Shown: piece by piece, positions 57,916-64,000 of the stretch | Layout: each line of letters opens with the position of its first letter | Numbering within the stretch: position 1 is the stretch's first letter | Assembly: GCA_965223845.1 (NCBI GenBank) | Contig: CBDCXR010000004.1 | Span: forward strand, 2,208,001-2,272,000 | Source: Planctomycetota bacterium | Lineage (GTDB): Bacteria; Planctomycetota; UBA8108; SXIK01 | Direction of reading: 5' to 3' | Length of the DNA stretch: 64,000 bases | The notes under the pieces: generated by a model | The model's input: the letters and a program-made list of their open reading frames with translations, nothing else | What the model was told of the DNA's origin: nothing | Databases searched by the model: none | Position numbers and translations under genes: made by a program

Positions 57916-58617
57916 TCAAGTCTCGCCGGGAGTCTCATCTGCCGGCGGCGCAGAAGGCGCGGGCGCATTGAATCGATTGGCGCTCGCGTCGACGCCGTTC
58001 GCGAGCCAGTAGAACGCGGCCTCGGCGGCGCGGTCCGCGGCCGCCCTGAAGTCGCTCAACTCGTCGTCGCCGAGCCGCTCGAGGACGTAGTCGGCGCTCG
58101 AAGAGTCTCCTCCGGCCTCCGGTTCGTCCGCAGCGCGACCGATGCCGACCTTCAGCCGGCTGAATCTCTCGGTGCGGAGCTCGTCGATCATCGACCGGAC
58201 GCCGCGGTGACCACCGCTCGAGCCGCGCCCTCGAAAGCGCAGCCGACCGGGCTCGAGATCGAGATCGTCGAAGACCACGAGGAGCGCGCTCCGAAGATCG
58301 CGATCCTCGTCCCCTGCGGCTTCGGGGCGATGGAAGGCCACGAGATCGCGCACGGCCTCGCCGCTCAAGTTCATGTAGGTCTGCGGCTCGGCGAGGATGA
58401 GGCGATCGCCGTCCCATTCCGTCTCCCACACGCGAGACCGAAACCGCTTCCGTCCACGCCCGAGGCCGAGCCGGCCTACGATCGCGTCAACCGCGAGGAA
58501 GCCGGCGTTGTGGCGCGTGTCGCGGTAGCGCCGGCCCGGGTTTCCGAGCCCGACGACGAAGCGAACGCGGTCGCGCTCGGTCTCGTCTTGTTCGGCGTGT
58601 GGCTCAGGCGTCGGAAT
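57916..58617 (-). CDS. pth: peptidyl-tRNA hydrolase (no ATG/GTG/TTG upstream of the conserved N-terminus; start uncertain)
   Basis: In frame upstream of the track ORF: 'RFVVGLGNPGRRYRDTRHNAGF'; then 'PQTYMNLSG', 'DDLDL', 'SSGGHRG', 'RLKVGIG', 'DYVL'. Confidence 0.92.
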   Translation of the reverse strand: MPTPEPHAEQDETERDRVRFVVGLGNPGRRYRDTRHNAGFLAVDAIVGRLGLGRGRKRFRSRVWETEWDGDRLILAEPQTYMNLSGEAVRDLVAFHRPEAAGDEDRDLRSALLVVFDDLDLEPGRLRFRGRGSSGGHRGVRSMIDELRTERFSRLKVGIGRAADEPEAGGDSSSADYVLERLGDDELSDFRAAADRAAEAAFYWLANGVDASANRFNAPAPSAPPADETPGET

Positions 58618-59233
58618 CCTCGTCCTCCTTCTTCTTGATCACCTCGGGCTCGCTCGGACCCTCCTCGGCCGGAGCGGCTTCCTCCGCACCGCGCGGCGCG
58701 CTCACGGCGACCAGAACGGTTTCCTCGTCCTCGACGTAACGACAGTTCGCAACCGGAGGGAGATTCTTGATGCGAATCGATTCTCCCTGCTCGAGCGCCT
58801 CGACGTTGAGAACGATCGATTCGGGGATGTGTTGAGGCAATCCGTGCACCAGCACTTCCTTGTGGGTGAAGTTGAGCGAGCCGCCCGACGCCACGCCCTT
58901 TGGGACGCCGATCAGCTCGAGCGCGACCTCGACCTCGATTTCGACGTCGGCGCTGATCCGCGTGAAGTCGACGTGAACGATCGACGACCCGAGCCCGTCG
59001 TACTGCACCTCCTTGACGACGCCGTGCTCGACCGCACCACCGACGCTGAGCGTCACCATTCGGTGACCGGCATCGAGGAACCGCGTGAATTCGCTCCGAT
59101 CGAGCGAGAAGTGCACGTTCGGCTTCCCGAGCCCGTAGAGATTGGCGGGCAATCGCCCCTCGCCACGCATCGTAGCTGAAACGCGCGAGCCGAACTCGGT
59201 CCGGAGCTCGCCGCTAAGAGATAGCTCTTCCAT
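58604..59233 (-). CDS. rplY: 50S ribosomal protein L25 (Ctc-type, two domains)
   Basis: 'R..G.LPANLYG', 'VKEVQYD', 'HVDF', 'GVASGG', 'PQHIPE.I', C-terminal 'EPEVIKK'. Confidence 0.95.
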   Translation of the reverse strand: MEELSLSGELRTEFGSRVSATMRGEGRLPANLYGLGKPNVHFSLDRSEFTRFLDAGHRMVTLSVGGAVEHGVVKEVQYDGLGSSIVHVDFTRISADVEIEVEVALELIGVPKGVASGGSLNFTHKEVLVHGLPQHIPESIVLNVEALEQGESIRIKNLPPVANCRYVEDEETVLVAVSAPRGAEEAAPAEEGPSEPEVIKKKEDEDSDA

Positions 59234-59317
59234 GATTCACGACTCCTTTGGTGTCTCCGTATCGGATCGTTCTGGTTCGGTGATATCGCTCCCGTCGGGG
59301 AGACGTTCTCCACCGAT

Positions 59318-60595
59318 TCATTTCTTGGGTGAGGATGGTTTTCGCAGCGATTTGGCCGGGACACCGGCAACGACTTCATCGTCCTCCACGTCCCTCCCCT
59401 TCAAGACGACGGCGCCCGCGGCGGTCATCGCACGGTCTCCGATCGACACCGGGGCGACGATGATCGACCCACTGCCGATGAACGCGTTCGCACCGACGGT
59501 GCTCGGATGTTTCGCGACACCGTCGTAGTTCGCAAAGATCGTCCCCGCCCCGATATTCGCCTTCTCGCCGATGGTCGCGTCGCCGACGTAGGTGAGGTGC
59601 GGCACCTTGGCGCCCGCACCGATCGTGCTCTTCTTCGTTTCGACAAAGTTGCCGATCCGGACGCGATTCTCGATCACCGTGTTGGGGCGCAGATGACAGA
59701 ACGGGCCGATTTCGCACTGAGCCCCGATCCGAACACCGCGGCGCAAGACACAGAAGGGGTAGATGACGGTATCCGGCGCAACTTCGACGTCGATCTCGAC
59801 GTAGGTCGAACGAGGGTCGCAGACCGTTACCCCGTCGTCCATGAGCGCACCGACGATTCTCCCGCGCAGAATGTCGGTCGCCTCGGCGAGCTCACGCCGG
59901 CAGTTCACCTGCGCGGTTTCCGTCTCGTCTTCGACGGCGACGAGGTCGACGCGACGGCCGTCATCCGCCGCGCGGACCACCGCGTCGGTCAAGTACAGCT
60001 CGCCCTGAGCGTTGTCGGTGCCGATCTTCGCGATCGCGGCGCGAAAGACGTCCGCCCGAAAGAGGTACGTACCGACGTTCACCTCGGGAATCCCCCGAGT
60101 CGATTCGTCGGCGTCCTTCTCTTCGACGATCGCCGCCAGCGCGGAGCTCGAGTCGTTCCGGACGATCCGGCCGTAGCCCGCCGGATCGGACTTCGTGCAC
60201 GTGAGGAGCGCTACGTCCGCCCCACTCTCGAATCGTTCGACCAGTCGCGCGAGCGTCGCGCTGCCGAGGAGCGGGAGATCGCCGTTCAGGATGAGGACCC
60301 CCGCGTCATCGGGTAGGTCGTCGCCCACGGCATCGACGGCGCACTTTGCGGCGTGCCCCGTTCCGAGCTGACGCTCCTGGTGAACGAACGTAATCCCGCG
60401 ATCCGCGAATGCCTCCTCGACCAGTTCGCGGCCGTGCCCGACGACCACGACCTGGCGCGCGGGATCGACGGCCCCGCTCGCCCGGAGTACGTGCTCGAGA
60501 ATCGGTGCGCCGAGGAGCTCGTGGAGCACCTTCGGTCGTTCGGACCGCATCCGGGTGCCCTTCCCGGCCGCGAGGATGACGGACACGACGTTCAT
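59318..60595 (-). CDS. glmU: bifunctional UDP-GlcNAc pyrophosphorylase / glucosamine-1-phosphate N-acetyltransferase
   Basis: 'ILAAGKGTRM.S..PKVLH', 'QLGTGHA', 'GYGRIVR', 'NAQGELYLTD', LbH 'GNFVETK', 'HLTYVGDA', 'NYDG'. Confidence 0.95.
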   Translation of the reverse strand: MNVVSVILAAGKGTRMRSERPKVLHELLGAPILEHVLRASGAVDPARQVVVVGHGRELVEEAFADRGITFVHQERQLGTGHAAKCAVDAVGDDLPDDAGVLILNGDLPLLGSATLARLVERFESGADVALLTCTKSDPAGYGRIVRNDSSSALAAIVEEKDADESTRGIPEVNVGTYLFRADVFRAAIAKIGTDNAQGELYLTDAVVRAADDGRRVDLVAVEDETETAQVNCRRELAEATDILRGRIVGALMDDGVTVCDPRSTYVEIDVEVAPDTVIYPFCVLRRGVRIGAQCEIGPFCHLRPNTVIENRVRIGNFVETKKSTIGAGAKVPHLTYVGDATIGEKANIGAGTIFANYDGVAKHPSTVGANAFIGSGSIIVAPVSIGDRAMTAAGAVVLKGRDVEDDEVVAGVPAKSLRKPSSPKK

Positions 60596-60771
60596 GAAGC
60601 CTCTCGCAAAAGAAACTCGCCCGCCGCCACGAGCGATCCCGACGCGGGATCGCGGCAGCGGCGACGGTCACCGTCCGCGGGACGACGCCAGCGCGTCCGG
60701 ATCGGCGCGGGGTGCGCGGCGGACGCGGCCGAGACGGGCGACGTCTTCGCCGAGCTCGCGCCCGCGTAAGG

Positions 60772-60846
60772 TGGTTACCCGGTGAGGACTCGAACCTCAA
60801 ATAGCTGGATCAAAACCAGCTGTGTTACCAATTACACCACCGGGTA
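60772..60846 (-). tRNA. tRNA-Gln (UUG), CCA encoded
   Basis: TACCCGGTGGTGTAATTGGTAACAC-A-GCTGG-TT-TTG-AT-CCAGC...GGTTCGAGTCC...CCGGGTA-A-CCA. Confidence 0.95.
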
Positions 60847-60868
60847 GCCGTCGAATTCGAAGCCGCCG

Positions 60869-60897
60869 AGTATAGGATTCACGTCGAGGCCGGTCAA
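60869..60897 (-). promoter_or_regulatory. sigma70-type promoter TTGACC-N17-TATACT for tRNA-Gln/glmU
   Basis: Near-consensus hexamers, 17-nt spacer, 22 nt upstream of the tRNA 5' end. Confidence 0.75.
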
Positions 60898-60969
60898 CGG
60901 AGAGAGCCGCCGGTGACGCCCCGGTGAGGCGGCCGCCGGTGGCGGCGAGTGCCATCGATTCCCGCGGGA

Positions 60970-61614
60970 TCAGTTCGGCGGATGCGCCCCCATCAAGGGT
61001 GCGACGAGAGCCTGTGACCAGGTCTCGAGTCGATCGTAGAATTCAGGGAGGGTCGAGAGCGGGACGAACTCCCCCTCGAGGGAGTCCACCTCGCGCACCG
61101 TGACCGACGGCGAATCGAGCTCGAGCCGGTACACGAGCCCGATGTGGACCCGTCCGACCGAGTTCGAGTCGTCGTTCATCACGCCGAGGGCGGAGAGACG
61201 ACCCGTGCCCTCGATCCGAACCTCTTCGGCGAGCTCCCGGTCGAGGCCGCGGCGGACCGCAGCGCGGAGGTCGCCCCCTCCCGGGGCGTCCAAAAGATTG
61301 ACGTGCCCGCCGACACCGATCGACATGCGGTCGCGGAGCCGCTCCTCCCCCCCGCCGCGACGGCGAAAGAGGAAGATCGAGTCACGGTGGACGAGAGCGC
61401 AGTACGGAATGACCTGCTTGAGCCGCGCCTCCGACTCGGCGCGCCCGCGGGGGTAGAAGAACCCCTCCTGCGTGACGGCGGCGAGCACCGTTCCCGCCTC
61501 ACCGCTCGAGTAGCCGGCCGGTAACACGCCCCAGCGATCTTCGAGACTCGCCCGCGGGACGACGAGCACTTCCTCCGGTCGGTCGCCCGAGTCCGGGCGT
61601 TTCGCTTCGCTCAC
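60970..61614 (-). CDS. NUDIX-family phosphoesterase (COG4112-like)
   Basis: 'EEVLVVPR', 'KQVIPY', 'ERLRDRMSIGVGGHVN', 'RELAEEV', 'NDDSNSVGRVHIG', 'ETWS'. Confidence 0.85.
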   Translation of the reverse strand: MSEAKRPDSGDRPEEVLVVPRASLEDRWGVLPAGYSSGEAGTVLAAVTQEGFFYPRGRAESEARLKQVIPYCALVHRDSIFLFRRRGGGEERLRDRMSIGVGGHVNLLDAPGGGDLRAAVRRGLDRELAEEVRIEGTGRLSALGVMNDDSNSVGRVHIGLVYRLELDSPSVTVREVDSLEGEFVPLSTLPEFYDRLETWSQALVAPLMGAHPPN

Positions 61615-61914
61615 GAGTTCTCCACTCCGATCCTCCGCCGAACGCCGCCCCTGCGCGTCGGTGAACGCGCTTCGAACCTCGCCAGCGAGAACCCTTTATC
61701 GGATCCGCGCACGCGGGTTCGACGGCTCTCGGACGGTCGCCCGCGGCCGGTGGTTGGACGGCCGAGCGGCCGCATCCTACTCTTCGATGACTGCCGGAAC
61801 GACACCATTTCTCGTCCTTGCGACTTCACCGCGCGGCTGAAACCACGAACGGTCCCGTTCGGATTCAACCAGCGCGAGAGTTGCTATCCGACCGAGCCCG
61901 AGATCACGGAAGCG

Positions 61915-62250
61915 ATGGAAACTCAGTCCCCCACCGGAGTATCGCAAGAGAAGCTCGCCGAGGTGATCAACGCGGTGGTTTTCGAGAGCGGCATCCTCGG
62001 CCGCATCGTCGACCAGCACCTCGAAGCCAAGTTGAAAGCGGCGGCGGTGAGCGCCGTCCAGAGCTATGTGAGCACCGAGCTCGGCAAGGTCGTCGAAGCA
62101 CAAGTGAGCAAGGTGGTCTCCGAGCAGCTCAACTCGAACCAGGTGAAGGAGCTGATCGACAGCAAGTTTCGCGCGATCACGCTCTACATGAAGACCGACG
62201 TGATTCCGAAGGCGGTCAAGCAGCTGCTCAAGCAGGCGCAGCAGGCATAG
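61915..62250 (+). CDS. hypothetical all-helical protein (111 aa)
   Basis: ATG after GGAAG; strong GC3 codon bias; amphipathic composition unlike the Arg-rich shadow ORFs. Confidence 0.65.
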   Translation: METQSPTGVSQEKLAEVINAVVFESGILGRIVDQHLEAKLKAAAVSAVQSYVSTELGKVVEAQVSKVVSEQLNSNQVKELIDSKFRAITLYMKTDVIPKAVKQLLKQAQQA

Positions 62251-62292
62251 GGCTTCGCCTCTGCCGCGCGGGGACGCGTAGGCGGCCCGCGC

Positions 62293-63174
62293 TCACGACT
62301 TCTCGAGCACTCGCGCGAGCCCGTCTTCCCAGTCGGGCATGACGTCGAGCCCGGCGACGCGGAGACGCGCGTTCTCGAGGACCCCGCGCACGGGACGACG
62401 CGCGATCCCGGGGTTCTTCGCGTTCCAGTCTTCCGTGCGGATCGGGTCGACGCGAACGTCCCAGCCGACGCGCCGAAAGATCTCGCGCGCGAATCGACAC
62501 CACGTGGTTTCGCCGGCGGACGACGCATGGATCACTCCGCGAAGCTCGTCGGCGTCCGGTTCGAGCAGTCGTGCGATCTGCTCGGCAAGGCTGAAGCAGT
62601 CCGTCGGAGTCCCGACCTGGTCGTCGACGACCGTGAGGGGCTCCCCGCCGCCGCGCCTCGACTCGCCCAAGCGGAGCATCGCGCGGAGAAAGTTCTTCTC
62701 GGGGCCGCCGTAGACCCACGACGTCCGAAGAACGAGCGCGCCGGGCATCGCGCCGAGAAGCCGAACCTCGCCGGCGTACTTGGAAGCTCCGTACACGCTC
62801 AGAGGGCCGACGGGCGCGGACTCGTCGTACGTATTCGGACTCTCGATCGCACCGGAGAAGACATAGTCGGTGCTCACGTGAAGAACGCGAGCCCCGACGT
62901 CGAGCGCGGCTTCCGCGACCGCGCCGAGGGCGACGTCGTTGATAGCGTACGCGGCCTCGGATTCCGTTTCGGCGAGGTCGACCGCCGTGAACGCCGCGCA
63001 GTTGACGATCCAGTCGGGACGATGCCGTGCGATCGCCGTGCGTGTTCCCGTTTGATCGGCGAGGTCGAGCTCGCCGCGGCGCGTCGCCACGACCGCCGTT
63101 TTCGCGCCGCGCTCGAGTCGCGCGCACACCGCCGAACCGAGCTGACCTCCCGCCCCCGTCACCAGAACTCTCAT
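62293..63174 (-). CDS. rfbD: dTDP-4-dehydrorhamnose reductase
   Basis: 'VTGAGGQLG', 'NCAAFTAVD.AE', 'HVSTDYVF', 'YGASKYAGE', 'RTSWVY', 'VDDQVGTPT'. Confidence 0.95.
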   Translation of the reverse strand: MRVLVTGAGGQLGSAVCARLERGAKTAVVATRRGELDLADQTGTRTAIARHRPDWIVNCAAFTAVDLAETESEAAYAINDVALGAVAEAALDVGARVLHVSTDYVFSGAIESPNTYDESAPVGPLSVYGASKYAGEVRLLGAMPGALVLRTSWVYGGPEKNFLRAMLRLGESRRGGGEPLTVVDDQVGTPTDCFSLAEQIARLLEPDADELRGVIHASSAGETTWCRFAREIFRRVGWDVRVDPIRTEDWNAKNPGIARRPVRGVLENARLRVAGLDVMPDWEDGLARVLEKS

Positions 63175-63851
63175 ACTCGTTTCCCGGTAGTCTCCGTTCG
63201 AACCTGCGCCTCGCCGAGCGCGTCGTCTTCGCCCTCTTCGGCGATCGCGCGCGGTTCGCTGGAGGGGGGATTCGATTCCGCGAGGATGACCTCGACGATC
63301 GCGCGTCGTCGCCGCGAGCCGACGGCCGCGCCGGAGAGCGCATCGAGCGCGCGGATCCGCCGGCGAGCGCCGGCGATCTCGTGGAGGACCCAGTGCGGGT
63401 GTCCGATCCGATCGACCACTCGAAACTCTTCGCAGCGATAGGCACGGCGACGGCGAAGGGCGAACGCGAGCGCGATCCAGGGGATCTCTTCGCGCGCCCG
63501 CCCGAGCACGGAGCTCTCGGGCAATCTGGCGACGACCTCCGGAGCGTGCGGTTCGTCCGGCGCCGACGGGAAAACAGCGTCCGGCGCAAGGCGCGTGACA
63601 GCGCCGATCATCGCGTCAACGCAGAATCGAACCTCAGGAGATCCTCGGCCGCGCTCGCCGTGGACCGCCGTCGCGAGCACGTATGTCGGGACGCGGACGA
63701 TCTCGATCCCGGAGATGCGCCCGCGCGACGGGCGCCATCGCGGGCGGCGGAGACGCTGGTGCGCCTCGTCCCGCGTGAGACGCGCCGCGACGGGACGGAA
63801 TCCCCGTCGCTCGCTACCTGATGCGGTAGCGTCTTCGCCGGCGCGGATCAT
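63171..63851 (-). CDS. hypothetical protein
   Basis: ATGA-type overlaps at both ends (upstream gene and rfbD); no family recognised. Confidence 0.5.
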   Translation of the reverse strand: MIRAGEDATASGSERRGFRPVAARLTRDEAHQRLRRPRWRPSRGRISGIEIVRVPTYVLATAVHGERGRGSPEVRFCVDAMIGAVTRLAPDAVFPSAPDEPHAPEVVARLPESSVLGRAREEIPWIALAFALRRRRAYRCEEFRVVDRIGHPHWVLHEIAGARRRIRALDALSGAAVGSRRRRAIVEVILAESNPPSSEPRAIAEEGEDDALGEAQVRTETTGKRV

Positions 63852-64000
63852 CGCGCCCCCGCATCGGCCGCCCCGTCGACCGGAGGCGGCTCGCGAGGCG
63901 GCGGCGGCTCCGCCGTTTCGTCGAAGCGCCAGTAGACGTACGCGTGCACCGCGATGAGAAGAAGCGCCCACAGGCGGAGATCGCGCCAGCGAGCCCGGGA
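63848..64000 (-). CDS. 3' end of a membrane protein truncated by the window edge (resembles sodium:solute symporter C-termini)
   Basis: Frame reads 'WRDLRLWALLLIAVHAYVYWRF...' to TGA at 63848-63850. Confidence 0.45.
   Translation of the reverse strand, partial: SRARWRDLRLWALLLIAVHAYVYWRFDETAEPPPPREPPPVDGAADAGAR

Noticed and set aside
60905-60945. Three copies of CCGGTG near the tRNA-Gln promoter
   Set aside because: Short GC-rich word with irregular spacing; consistent with chance
1-64000. CRISPR array, transposase, prophage or defence system
   Set aside because: No regularly spaced repeats or recognisable cas, IS, phage or restriction genes; MazG here is the two-domain housekeeping type

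Overview
GC-rich bacterial chromosome segment, most likely from a Planctomycetota genome. The evidence is a DUF1549/DUF1553 cytochrome-c protein paired with DUF1501, a Tat-signal Gfo/Idh/MocA oxidoreductase, a PQQ-type beta-propeller, a tandem-fused UvrA, an LpxC-FabZ fusion and a dockerin-like 'RGD/N' repeat protein. The window holds about 53 protein genes, mostly on the minus strand, and three tRNAs (Glu-UUC, Lys-UUU, Gln-UUG). I saw no rRNA, CRISPR array, transposase, integrase or prophage. The left part (1-27 kb) carries envelope, lipoprotein and hypothetical genes plus uvrA, ddl and a polyprenyl synthase. The middle (27-46 kb) carries dapB, a 6S-like rod-shaped RNA candidate, mazG-moxR, an FHA-GAF-sigma54 activator followed by an orphan PrkA-type ATPase/kinase, divergent lat, the planctomycete PSD1/DUF1501 module and gcdH. 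The right part (46-64 kb) is a housekeeping super-operon (tRNA-Gln, glmU, rplY, pth, rpsF, ssb, rplI, dnaB, skp, lpxC-fabZ, lpxA, gnnA-like, rpsB, pyrH, frr, tRNAs) that lacks several usual members (prs, rpsR, bamA, lpxD, lpxI, tsf). The most notable leads are a possible PrkA/FHA-sigma54 starvation circuit with a candidate -24/-12 element, a pth gene with no canonical start codon, the 6S-like RNA, and the clean absence of tsf. All product calls come from recognising motifs by eye; no database searches were run.
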